DNA of 32,000 bases from an archaeon (GCA_035400625.1 DAOMZT010000001.1:240001-272000), one strand, 5' to 3'. Counted from the first letter of the stretch, positions 9,633 to 18,157 are shown. Made by a program: numbers and translations. The notes: generated from the letters alone by a model not told the origin.

Positions 9633-10019
9633 TTATTTTTCAGAAGCAATAATCCCGATTGCGCCAGAAACTATAAATCCCAAAAATGAAGAAGAAATTA
9701 ACTGCTTCCAGATTCCTAGATTTTTAGGTATTGCCATATTATTTAATACAACATAAATTTCATAAGCAAAGATGTAAATTATCAAAATATAGCACAAAAC
9801 GCTTATAGCAACAAAAATAGCAAGAAGAGTCCATTTGTTCCATTTTGTGTATTTTTCAACAACTGGTGTTAAAAGATATAATCCAAAGAATGCCACAATT
9901 GGCAAAAGTATATACATTGGACTTGTAAAGAAATTCTCTTTTGCAAAAAAATAAAATAATCCTTGTGCTAAAACATAGGACAATAGGAAAAATAAAATTA
10001 TTTTAAGGGCTTTTTTCAT
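9633..10019 (-). CDS. Hypothetical small membrane protein with about 4 TM segments
   Basis: 128 aa and strongly hydrophobic. It sits directly upstream of the methylthiotransferase gene on the same strand. Confidence 0.55.
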   Translation of the reverse strand: MKKALKIILFFLLSYVLAQGLFYFFAKENFFTSPMYILLPIVAFFGLYLLTPVVEKYTKWNKWTLLAIFVAISVLCYILIIYIFAYEIYVVLNNMAIPKNLGIWKQLISSSFLGFIVSGAIGIIASEK

Positions 10020-10159
10020 AATATCACTTTCTTTAATATAATATTCTAAGCCCCAAAAGAGTTTTAAATAGTTTAGAAAATTAAAAGAATATATTTAAAA
10101 ACAAGTTGCTAGACTATTAGAATAGTTAAATAATATATAATATTTAATGGAATAATATC

Positions 10160-11122
10160 ATGATTACGAATTCAGCACCATGGACAGAAAAGTATAGGCC
10201 TCAGAGGCTTAATGATATCTCTGGCCAAAAACATGTTGTTTCTAAGCTTAAGAAATATGTGGAGAACAAATCAATTCCTAACATGCTTTTTGCTGGGCCA
10301 CCAGGTGTCGGCAAAACCTGTTGTGCAATTGCCTTAGCTAAAGAGCTATTTAAAGACGGATATTCTCAGGATTTTTTAGAGCTAAATGCTAGTGATGAAA
10401 GAGGCATTGGAGTAGTTAGAGGAGCAATCAAAGATTTTGCAAGAACCATTGCTTTAACTTCAAGTTTTAAGATTATATTTTTAGATGAAGCTGATGCTTT
10501 AACTCCTGAAGCTCAGCAGGCTCTTAGAAGGACAATGGAAAAATACACAAACACAGTCAGGTTTATTCTTAATGCAAACTATTCTTCTAAACTGATCCCG
10601 CCAATACAAAGCAGATGTGCATTATTTAAGTTTAAGCCTCTAATAAAGGAAGACATAAAAGAGCGAATAGAATATATTGTTAAAGAAGAAAAAATAAAAA
10701 TAGACCAAGAGGCAATCATCGCAATTAACGAAGTGTGCGAGGGAGATCTAAGAACTGCGATTAATCTTTTGCAGACTGCTGCTTCAACAACAGACCACAT
10801 AACAGAAAAAGATATCTATGTTGTTTCTAACTCTGCTCAGCCACAAGATATTCTAAACTTAATTGAAGCTTGTCTTTCAAAGGATTTTTTAAAAGCACGA
10901 ACTACATTAGAGACATTGTTGTTTGATCATGGCCTTTCAGGAGAAGACATAATCAGTCACATCTATAAAAAAATAATCGCATATCCAGAAGATAAAATCC
11001 CAATTGACAAAAAACTAAAAATAATAGACAAGATTGCTGAGTTTAATTACAGGCTAGTGCAGGGTGCAAACGACAGGATACAGCTAGAAGCGTTATTATC
11101 TCAAATAATATTAATTGAATAA
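10160..11122 (+). CDS. rfcS: Replication factor C small subunit
   Basis: 320 aa. N-terminal PWTEKYRP, Walker A GPPGVGKT, Walker B FLDEADALT and the SRC motif (IQSRC) are all present. The length shows no intein insertion. Confidence 0.95.
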   Translation: MITNSAPWTEKYRPQRLNDISGQKHVVSKLKKYVENKSIPNMLFAGPPGVGKTCCAIALAKELFKDGYSQDFLELNASDERGIGVVRGAIKDFARTIALTSSFKIIFLDEADALTPEAQQALRRTMEKYTNTVRFILNANYSSKLIPPIQSRCALFKFKPLIKEDIKERIEYIVKEEKIKIDQEAIIAINEVCEGDLRTAINLLQTAASTTDHITEKDIYVVSNSAQPQDILNLIEACLSKDFLKARTTLETLLFDHGLSGEDIISHIYKKIIAYPEDKIPIDKKLKIIDKIAEFNYRLVQGANDRIQLEALLSQIILIE

Positions 11123-11135
11123 AAGGTGAAATTAA

Positions 11136-12890
11136 TTGGCATCATATCTAGATGAACTAAAGGCACAGATGGAAAAATCTGAAAAGCCAACCAAGAAAGT
11201 AGATGCAGATAAACAAGAGCCCTTAAAAACAGAGATAAAAACAGAAGAGCCAAAATCACAACCAGTGCCTGAACCAAAGCCAAAAGAACAGCCAAAGCTT
11301 GATAATCTTAAAGACGCATTTAGTTCTGTTTCTCAGGAATTAAACAAAGTCGCACCTAAACAATCTCAAGAATCTTTAAAGTCTTTAATGGGAGACATAA
11401 AAGATGAAAAAGCAGCAGATGCTTTAATCGCTAAATGGGAAAGAACAGGAACGCTTATTACTAAATATGGCGAGACTGAAGTTTATAGAGTCCCAGATGA
11501 GCCATTACTCTATTATAAAACAAACATCCCAAAACCATCACCTAGTCAAAAATTAATAATAAACACTTTAAAAGAAGCAACGACAAGACTTGTTTCTACT
11601 GATCCTTATAAAATAAGAGACCCAAAACAAAGACAAAATATTTATTATCAAAAGATTTTGGAAATCTTAGAGAATGCTCCAGAGATAAATGTCCCAAAAC
11701 ATTTGTTTGATTTCTATGCTAAAGCAGTTGTTACTGAAATGGTAGGATATGGAATAATAGATACTTTGATAAATGATAATAAGCTTGAAGAAATAATGAT
11801 AATAGGCCCAAAAAAGCCAGTATATATCTATCACAGAGATTATGGAATGATGTATACAAACATTATTTTCTATTCTGATGATGAAATACAAGACATCATT
11901 GATAAAATTGCAAGAATACTAGGCAGAAGAGTAGATATTTCCAATCCTTTGCTTGATGCTAGACTTCCTGATGGCTCTCGTGTTAATGCAACTATTCCTC
12001 CAGCATCCATTGACGGTTCAACAATAACTATTAGAAAGTTTAGGGCTGATCCTTATACCATAGTAGACTTAATTAATTTTGGAACAGTCAATTTAGAAGT
12101 TGCTGCATTTCTCTGGATGGCTGTTGAAGGACTTGGTGCAAAGCCTGCAAACATTTTAATATCTGGTGGAACTGGTTCTGGTAAAACCACTTTTCTTAAT
12201 GTTCTTGCAAACTTTATTCCTGATTCAAGCAGAGTTCTAACTATTGAAGACACTGCAGAATTAAAATTGCCAATCAAACACATTATTCGTTTTGAAGGAA
12301 AGCCTCCTGGTCTAGAAGGAACAGGAGAATTGACCCTTGAAATTCTTGTTAAAAACACATTAAGAATGAGGCCTGACAGAATAATAGTTGGTGAAATTAG
12401 ACATCATGAGGCAAGCACTTTATTTACTGCAATGAACACTGGTCACGACGGGTGTATGGGTACAATCCACGCAAACTCAGCAAGAGAAACTCTTGTTAGA
12501 ATCACCTCTCCGCCAATGGACGTTCCAATGCTAATGCTTGCAGGTCTTGATTTCATTATTGTTGAAAAAAGAATGAACACTTCAAGAGGGCTAGTCAGAA
12601 GAATTGTAGAAATTGCAGAAATTACAGGAGTATTTGAAAATAATCCACAAGCAAGTATAATCTTTAGATGGAATCCTCAAACAGACAATCTTGAAAGAAC
12701 AAAAGAGCCAATAAAGTTCTTTGAGATAATTAAAACATATACTAAATATGGAGATGCAGAAATAAAACGCATTTTAGAAGAAAGGATAAACCTTATAAAT
12801 GATTTAGTTAAAAATAATATAAGAAGCATAAACGAAGTATCTAAAGCAATACAAGAAGTATACACAAATAATGCTAAAAAAAATGAGTGA
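11136..12890 (+). CDS. Type II/IV secretion-family ATPase (FlaI/PilB/TadA/EpdL-like) of a type IV filament system
   Basis: 584 aa. Walker A SGGTGSGKTT, Walker B RPDRIIVGEIR and His-box TGHDGCMGTIHAN are present. The proposed start is TTG at 11136 with GGTGA 7 nt upstream. The first in-frame ATG is at 11169. The first 100 aa or so are a K/E/P-rich low-complexity extension. Confidence 0.9.
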   Translation: MASYLDELKAQMEKSEKPTKKVDADKQEPLKTEIKTEEPKSQPVPEPKPKEQPKLDNLKDAFSSVSQELNKVAPKQSQESLKSLMGDIKDEKAADALIAKWERTGTLITKYGETEVYRVPDEPLLYYKTNIPKPSPSQKLIINTLKEATTRLVSTDPYKIRDPKQRQNIYYQKILEILENAPEINVPKHLFDFYAKAVVTEMVGYGIIDTLINDNKLEEIMIIGPKKPVYIYHRDYGMMYTNIIFYSDDEIQDIIDKIARILGRRVDISNPLLDARLPDGSRVNATIPPASIDGSTITIRKFRADPYTIVDLINFGTVNLEVAAFLWMAVEGLGAKPANILISGGTGSGKTTFLNVLANFIPDSSRVLTIEDTAELKLPIKHIIRFEGKPPGLEGTGELTLEILVKNTLRMRPDRIIVGEIRHHEASTLFTAMNTGHDGCMGTIHANSARETLVRITSPPMDVPMLMLAGLDFIIVEKRMNTSRGLVRRIVEIAEITGVFENNPQASIIFRWNPQTDNLERTKEPIKFFEIIKTYTKYGDAEIKRILEERINLINDLVKNNIRSINEVSKAIQEVYTNNAKKNE

Positions 12891-12898
12891 TTTAGAAA

Positions 12899-14047
12899 AT
12901 GCCAGAAGAAGATAAGAGACTTAAGATTCTAAAGAAAGAGTTAGATAAAGATAACTCTGAAGCACCAAAAGTAGATCTTGATGCTGTACAAAACATAGTT
13001 TCTAAGATTAAAGATAAAGATCGTGCAAAAGGAGTATCTGGTAATATTTCTGAAACACACATGAAAGAACTTAGAGATATAATCTCTGAAGGTAAACTTG
13101 CTAAACTTAATGTTGATACTGAGGCCAAGCTTTTAGCAAATTCTACCTCAGAACTAGATAAAGGCGCAGTAAAGATTTACAAGGCAGTTCCTGGTTTTAT
13201 TAATTATATTGTAAAATCCATAATCAAGAAAAGTATAGGAAGAAAGATTGCATTTTATTTGTATTCTGCAGATATTAAAAAAACTCTTGTTCAACACCTT
13301 GTTCTATCTGTAATTTATTCTTTACTTGTGACTTTTTTTATTGGAATATTAACTCTTGGAATAATTGCTATCATTAACCCGTTGTTTTTGATAATTTGGC
13401 CGTTTATTGTGATTTTTATATTTTTAATGGCTGTTGGCGGGTTTGCATATCTTGTTCCAATGCAAAAAGCAAAGACTAGGGGAGTAATGATTGATACTGA
13501 ACTACCGTATGTTCTAAGACACATTTCTACAGAGTTACAGGCAGGTATTGGTTTGTATAAAACCTTGCAATCAGTTGCAAAGAACGATTACGGAGTTCTT
13601 TCCCAAGAGATGTCAAGAACAATAATGGAAATTGAAAACGGAACAGACACAAAAACAGCATTAAGGCACATGGCATTAAGAAGCCAATCAAAGAGTTTTA
13701 ATATTGCAATATTTCATATTGTTAGAACATTAAATACAGGTGGAAATCTTTCACAAAGTATTGATAGTGTTGCAGACTCGGTTTCTTTTGATTTACTTGA
13801 AGCATCAAAGCAGTTCGGAGAAAAAATGAATTTCTTTGGTATTATTTTTATTTTTGTTGCTATTGTTTTGCCTGTATTTTTGGCAATTTTAAGTGCAATT
13901 GCAAATGCACCAATTGGGCAAGGCGGAGAGCTTTTCCTTCCAGGGATATTAACTCCAACATTGCTTGCAGTTGTTTATGTTGTTGTAATGCCTGCTATAT
14001 TTGTATTTATAGCATATTACATTAAGATGATAGAACCAAAAACGTGA
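12899..14047 (+). CDS. T2SSF-domain platform protein (TadB/TadC/EpdJ-K-like), single domain
   Basis: 382 aa. It has a charged N-terminal region of about 100 aa, then TM segments, then one T2SSF-like cytoplasmic domain (LPYVLRHISTELQAGIGLYKTLQSVA...GTDTKTALRHMALR...GGNLSQSID), then C-terminal TM segments. Confidence 0.85.
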   Translation: MPEEDKRLKILKKELDKDNSEAPKVDLDAVQNIVSKIKDKDRAKGVSGNISETHMKELRDIISEGKLAKLNVDTEAKLLANSTSELDKGAVKIYKAVPGFINYIVKSIIKKSIGRKIAFYLYSADIKKTLVQHLVLSVIYSLLVTFFIGILTLGIIAIINPLFLIIWPFIVIFIFLMAVGGFAYLVPMQKAKTRGVMIDTELPYVLRHISTELQAGIGLYKTLQSVAKNDYGVLSQEMSRTIMEIENGTDTKTALRHMALRSQSKSFNIAIFHIVRTLNTGGNLSQSIDSVADSVSFDLLEASKQFGEKMNFFGIIFIFVAIVLPVFLAILSAIANAPIGQGGELFLPGILTPTLLAVVYVVVMPAIFVFIAYYIKMIEPKT

Positions 14048-14056
14048 TAGAAGAAA

Positions 14057-14962
14057 ATGGGAAAATTAAAAGAGTTGATGGATAGATACCAGATTTATCT
14101 ATATTCACAAAAACTAAAGATAAAAACCTCAACATGGTTTGCATTAGTCATAATTGTTTCATTATTAATTGGTGTTCTTGCGTTTTTGATAAATGCTAGG
14201 GTTGGTATTTTGCTTTTTGCTATAATTTTAGATCTTGGTTTAGGTATGCCATTTTATTTGTATTTTAAAAATCTTGATGAGATAGAGAAGTATTGGCCAG
14301 AAGCACTTAGGTTGATTGCTGACACCATGAAATCAGGATCGTCTCTTGACTATGCTTTAAGAGAAGCAAGTTCTGCAGACTTTGGGCCTCTTTCAAAAGA
14401 GTTTGATGAGGTTATTAGAAGACTTGAGATGGGGGACACAATGTCTCAGTCCTTAGAGCATATGGCCCTAAGAATAGAATCTAAGATTGTTAGAAGAACA
14501 GTTACTTTAATTCAAGAGTGTTTAAAGACAGGTGCTCAGCTTGCTGAGGTTCTTGAAGAAATAGCAAACGACACAAAGCAGATGTTTAGGATCAAAAAGG
14601 AAAGAGAAACAAAGACAATGCTACAAGTTATTTTCATATTTGCTGCAGGTGCTGTGATTGCTCCTTTTATTTTTGGTCTGACAAACGTTATTACTCAGTT
14701 TTTAACAACAATATCTTCAACTGCTGGTGTTGCAACAGAGAGTGCTTTGGCAACTGCCACTGCTACTCAAAAGTCATTAGCTTTTTTACTTGATGTTTAT
14801 TTATTGATAGAGGTTGCAGCTGCTGCTGTTATTATTAGTTTGATGAGACAAGGAAAGTTTACAAAAGCTGTTGTCTTCTTTCCAGTAATGGTTATTGTTT
14901 CTTTTATAATATATATGGTATCACAAGCAGTGATATCTGGAATACTAATAGAGGCTATATAA
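14057..14962 (+). CDS. Second T2SSF-domain platform protein (TadB/TadC/EpdJ-K-like), single domain
   Basis: 301 aa. It has N-terminal TM segments, one T2SSF-like domain (WPEALRLIADTMKSGSSLDYALREA...GDTMSQSLEHMALR...TGAQLAEVLEEIA) and C-terminal TM segments. Confidence 0.85.
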   Translation: MGKLKELMDRYQIYLYSQKLKIKTSTWFALVIIVSLLIGVLAFLINARVGILLFAIILDLGLGMPFYLYFKNLDEIEKYWPEALRLIADTMKSGSSLDYALREASSADFGPLSKEFDEVIRRLEMGDTMSQSLEHMALRIESKIVRRTVTLIQECLKTGAQLAEVLEEIANDTKQMFRIKKERETKTMLQVIFIFAAGAVIAPFIFGLTNVITQFLTTISSTAGVATESALATATATQKSLAFLLDVYLLIEVAAAAVIISLMRQGKFTKAVVFFPVMVIVSFIIYMVSQAVISGILIEAI

Positions 14963-14965
14963 AAT

Positions 14966-15145
14966 ATGAAACTAAAAGAACTATTAAAAGATAAGAGAGG
15001 GCAAGTAAGCCTAGAAGTGTTATTAATTGTTGGTATTGTTGTATTAGCTGCTCTTTTGGTTGGCTATTACCTTAAGCAGACAGCTATGAATCATAACACC
15101 ACAATATTTGGCTATCTTAAAAAGGTAATTTCTGGCACTAACTAG
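14966..15145 (+). CDS. Small class III signal peptide (pilin-like) protein of 59 aa, absent from the supplied ORF track
   Basis: My own translation gives MKLKELLKDKRG|QVSLEVLLIVGIVVLAALLVGYYLKQTAMNHNTTIFGYLKKVISGTN*. The ATG at 14966 lies 3 nt after the platform gene's stop, and the TAG is at 15143-15145. The sequence shows the QxSxE motif followed by a hydrophobic helix. Confidence 0.7.
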   Translation: MKLKELLKDKRGQVSLEVLLIVGIVVLAALLVGYYLKQTAMNHNTTIFGYLKKVISGTN

Positions 15146-15310
15146 CCACACACAAAGCAAGAAATAAGCCACATAGCAATGAGCTTTAAGGGGTCTTTTA
15201 GTTCGGCTAACTAAACAGAAAGGTATATAAATATAATCTATAACAATAATAAATAATTATTTTACAAATAAAATAAATAAAAGATATATTTAAGCAATTA
15301 AATATATACC

Positions 15311-15337
15311 AAACCAAAAAAACAAAAACAAAAAAAC
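15311..15337 (+). promoter_or_regulatory. CA-rich leader motif upstream of pilin gene 1
   Basis: AAACCAAAAAAACAAAAACAAAAAAAC lies just downstream of TATA-like TTAAATATATA (about 15297-15308). It is followed by GGAGG (15349-15353), 7 nt before the ATG. A near-identical motif recurs at 15850-15875 upstream of pilin gene 2. Confidence 0.4.
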
Positions 15338-15360
15338 TAAAATTAAACGGAGGAATAAAA

Positions 15361-15789
15361 ATGAAGTTTAATAAAAAAGGACAGGGTGCACTTGAATACC
15401 TATTATTGATCGGTGGTGCAGTATTAATTGCTGTTATCGTCATCGCATTACTTGTAGGTATGGGTTCATCAAGTAAAAAAAATGCATCTCAAGGCGGAGA
15501 CAGAATCAACCAAGCAATTTCAGGAACTGCAATTGCATCAGTTCTCCAATCAGCAAATTGTGATGGTAATGTACTAAAGATTAGCTATACACACAATGGA
15601 GGAGATGTAAATTTAGTTATTGATGATACTATACAAAATATAACCGCAGACTCAACAACAAGCTCTTACTCAGGAGAGAATGCTGGTGCATGTGAAGTAA
15701 ATAAACAACACAAAATTGCATTACATACAACCGCTTCATCTGGAGCAACAGCATATTCAAATGCAATTTATGTTACTAGAAAGTCATAA
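15361..15789 (+). CDS. Type IV pilin-like protein (class III signal peptide), candidate major pilin
   Basis: 142 aa with N-terminus MKFNKKG|QGALEYLLLIGGAVLIAVIVIALLVG. It has its own AT-rich upstream region, a strong GGAGG site and a hairpin plus T-tract terminator. Two Cys residues and an N-I-T sequon lie in the globular part. Confidence 0.85.
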   Translation: MKFNKKGQGALEYLLLIGGAVLIAVIVIALLVGMGSSSKKNASQGGDRINQAISGTAIASVLQSANCDGNVLKISYTHNGGDVNLVIDDTIQNITADSTTSSYSGENAGACEVNKQHKIALHTTASSGATAYSNAIYVTRKS

Positions 15790-15793
15790 ATTC

Positions 15794-15838
15794 AAAATCC
15801 TGTTTTAAAACAGGATTTTTTTGATTTTTTTTCTTTTT
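15794..15838 (+). terminator. Hairpin plus T-tract terminator after pilin gene 1
   Basis: A perfect palindrome AAAATCCTGTTTT/AAAACAGGATTTT (15794-15819) is followed immediately by TTTGTTTTTTTTCTTTTT. Confidence 0.6.
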
Positions 15839-15849
15839 AAAAACAAAAT

Positions 15850-15875
15850 AAACCAAAACACAAAAACAAAAACAC
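15850..15875 (+). promoter_or_regulatory. CA-rich leader motif upstream of pilin gene 2, a duplicate of 15311-15337
   Basis: AAACCAAAACACAAAAACAAAAACAC matches the motif before pilin gene 1 almost base for base. It is preceded by TTTTTAAAAA. No GGAGG/GGTGA lies before the ATG at 15893. Confidence 0.4.
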
Positions 15876-15892
15876 AATAATTCAATGATAAA

Positions 15893-16345
15893 ATGAGATT
15901 TAAACAAAAAGGACAAGGAGCATTGGAATATTTAATTCTTATAGGCGCAGCAATACTTGTTGCGGTCATTGTTGTTAGCGTTGTTCTTGGAACAAGCACA
16001 AGCGGAAGACAAAGTAGCGAAGAAACCACAAGGTCTTATCAAGAACTAGTAACAAACACAATAATACCACCAACAATCATTAGTGTTACTTGTATTGATG
16101 ATAAAAATGCAACATATGTTATTAATCCTTCTGTAACTAAAGGAGTAACAGAATATTGTGTAGTTGTAAATGGAGATGTTAACATAGACAATTGTGTAGA
16201 GCCAACAAGTAACAACAAAGTGTTAATAACTAATATAAGCCCTGCATTAACATCAAAAACAAAATACAATATGTCATTGGTTGCTAAAAAGGGCAATGCA
16301 TATTCTGCACCAACACTACCAGCACCAGATTGTATAGTCCCATAA
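15893..16345 (+). CDS. Type IV pilin-like protein (class III signal peptide), paralog of 15361
   Basis: 150 aa with N-terminus MRFKQKG|QGALEYLILIGAAILVAVIVVSVVLG. Four Cys residues and several N-x-S/T sequons are present. Confidence 0.85.
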   Translation: MRFKQKGQGALEYLILIGAAILVAVIVVSVVLGTSTSGRQSSEETTRSYQELVTNTIIPPTIISVTCIDDKNATYVINPSVTKGVTEYCVVVNGDVNIDNCVEPTSNNKVLITNISPALTSKTKYNMSLVAKKGNAYSAPTLPAPDCIVP

Positions 16346-16374
16346 ATAATTATAATTTAGAATAAGATAAAAAT

Positions 16375-16557
16375 ATGTTTAGAAAATTACTAGAAGATAA
16401 AAAAGCACAAGTTTCTTTAGAATATCTAGTAATAATTGTTTTTGGAGTAATGCTTGTAATCATTACAGGCCTTATGATAATAAACCTAAATATTCTAGTA
16501 TCTCTTGCTAAAGCAAAAATACTAAACTATAGAGATAATATCTTAACATCTTTATAA
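16375..16557 (+). CDS. Small class III signal peptide (minor pilin-like) protein
   Basis: 60 aa with N-terminus MFRKLLEDKKA|QVSLEYLVIIVFGVMLVIITGLMII. It resembles the 59-aa ORF at 14966 in size and layout. Confidence 0.7.
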   Translation: MFRKLLEDKKAQVSLEYLVIIVFGVMLVIITGLMIINLNILVSLAKAKILNYRDNILTSL

Positions 16558-16576
16558 ATCTATAAAATAAGATAAC

Positions 16577-17680
16577 ATGTTTTATGTAACAATTATAATG
16601 CTTTTTTTTGTATTCTTGTTTTTAGTGCTTGCTTCTTTTTCTGATATCAAAACCAGAACTATTTCAAACAAACTAATTTTGTTTTTTCTGGTTTTTGGAA
16701 TATCATACAACATTACTTTTGCTCTAGTTTCTAAAAACTATAACTTATTATTAACATTATTATATTCAATAATTATCTCATTAGTTGTATTTATTACTCT
16801 CTGGCAATTAGGAGTAATAGCAGGAGGAGACACAAAGCTATTTATTGCGATCTCTGCAATAATCCCAACAATGCAAAGCACTCTTGGTTTGTTTGATATT
16901 GGCTTAGGCAAATTAGAAACATTGCCTATCTTTTCTCTTATCTTGTTTGTGGCAAGTGCATTTATGGTTCTGCCATGGATTCTAATCTATTCTAAATATC
17001 TATTATTAAAAAAAAAGCAATATAGAGAGCTACTACTAAACAAGATGTTTTCTAAAAAAAACCTTGTGTTGCTTCTTGATTCAATATTAGTATTGATTTT
17101 AATTAGTCTTTTGTTGTTGTTATTTAATATAACTAACTTTATTCTAATCTTTACAATCTCCTTTGCCTTTACATTTCTGATATTTAGAATAAAAACAAAA
17201 AGATATTTTTACTATATAGTCTTGGCCTTAAACCTAGTTCTTTTAGCAATATTGTTTTTCTTAAACAAGCTAACAAGCGAACTATTTATTATGTTATTAA
17301 ATATCTCGGGCATTGTTGTTTTGATTTCATTGTTGTTTGTATATTTAAGATATGTAAAAGAAAAAGTGCTAATTGAGAAAAAGAAAATAGCACAACTAAA
17401 AGAAGGAGATCTTCCAGTATACAATTACTATTATATAAATAAAAAAGTAATACAAAAAAAACCAAACATCTTTAACAAAATAAAAGAAATTGCTTTAGGA
17501 ACATATTATAAGGGGTTAAAGATAGATTCTAGCAAAGCCTGTGGCTTATCCAAGAAAGACATAACTTTTTTAAAAGATATGTATAACAATAAATTAGTGA
17601 ACAACACAATATATTTGAGGAAGACACTGGCCTTTACTCCAGCTGTGCTTCTTGCATTTTTGTTGTTAATAATATTTTAA
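16577..17680 (+). CDS. Archaeal A24-family prepilin/preflagellin peptidase (FlaK/PibD/EppA-like) with a long C-terminal extension
   Basis: 367 aa. The first catalytic Asp is in ASFSD23IKTRTISN. The second is in the GxGD-type motif GVIAGGD85TKLFIAI. The protein is polytopic. Residues about 150-367 add extra TM segments and a K/N-rich soluble insert before a final TM (LAFTPAVLLAFLLLIIF). Confidence 0.8.
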   Translation: MFYVTIIMLFFVFLFLVLASFSDIKTRTISNKLILFFLVFGISYNITFALVSKNYNLLLTLLYSIIISLVVFITLWQLGVIAGGDTKLFIAISAIIPTMQSTLGLFDIGLGKLETLPIFSLILFVASAFMVLPWILIYSKYLLLKKKQYRELLLNKMFSKKNLVLLLDSILVLILISLLLLLFNITNFILIFTISFAFTFLIFRIKTKRYFYYIVLALNLVLLAILFFLNKLTSELFIMLLNISGIVVLISLLFVYLRYVKEKVLIEKKKIAQLKEGDLPVYNYYYINKKVIQKKPNIFNKIKEIALGTYYKGLKIDSSKACGLSKKDITFLKDMYNNKLVNNTIYLRKTLAFTPAVLLAFLLLIIF

Positions 17681-17692
17681 ATGTGACAATTT

Positions 17693-18154
17693 ATGAACAG
17701 AAAAGGACAACTTTCAATAGAGATAATAGTACTACTTGCAATATTTTTATTGTTCTTTCAAGCAATGATCCTGCCATCTATTGAATTTTCCGAAAATGTA
17801 TTACAAGACACTCAAGCAATTGTTGTTTCTAAAAAGAACATTGAAGATCTAGCTATTAATATTGAACAATTGGCATCCCAAGACGGCTATGGAAAAAAGC
17901 AATATTACTTTTACTTACCAAGAAACACGAAATTAGATTGTAATGTTGCTGCAAAGAAATTAAATTATAACATAACGATATCAAAGCAACAGCCGTTGCC
18001 ACCAGGTTGTAATAATAGTGTTTGCGAATTCCAAAGAGAGCTCTTTTTGCAAAGCCAGCAATTTGTAGATTGTAATAAAATTGGTCCTGGATTTTCAGGA
18101 ATATTAATGATAGAAAAAAAAGCAGACGGCAATATTACACTAATAAGTGAATAA
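17693..18154 (+). CDS. Class III signal peptide (pilin-like) protein
   Basis: 153 aa. MNRKG|QLSIEIIVLLAIFLLFF is an exact QxSxExxxL match. Four Cys residues lie in the globular part. Confidence 0.75.
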   Translation: MNRKGQLSIEIIVLLAIFLLFFQAMILPSIEFSENVLQDTQAIVVSKKNIEDLAINIEQLASQDGYGKKQYYFYLPRNTKLDCNVAAKKLNYNITISKQQPLPPGCNNSVCEFQRELFLQSQQFVDCNKIGPGFSGILMIEKKADGNITLISE

Positions 18155-18157
18155 ATA

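Noticed and set aside
15146-15230. Slightly GC-richer stretch (AGCCACA repeated, small TAGTT/AACTA hairpin) after the 59-aa ORF, considered as a small RNA or tRNA fragment
   Set aside because: I could fold no cloverleaf, no extended stem and no C/D or H/ACA boxes. It most likely holds 3'-UTR or promoter-distal DNA.
15885-15896. Three-codon uORF (ATG ATA AAA TGA) whose stop overlaps the ATG of the second pilin gene
   Set aside because: Such mini-ORFs are expected by chance in DNA this AT-rich. There is no supporting RBS and I could not assess conservation.
15207-16029. Minus-strand ORFs 15207..15443 and 15805..16029 overlapping the pilin N-termini and their upstream spacers
   Set aside because: They are mirror images of the hydrophobic pilin helices plus AT-rich leader. 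The plus-strand genes carry the conserved QxSxE signal, RBS and terminator.
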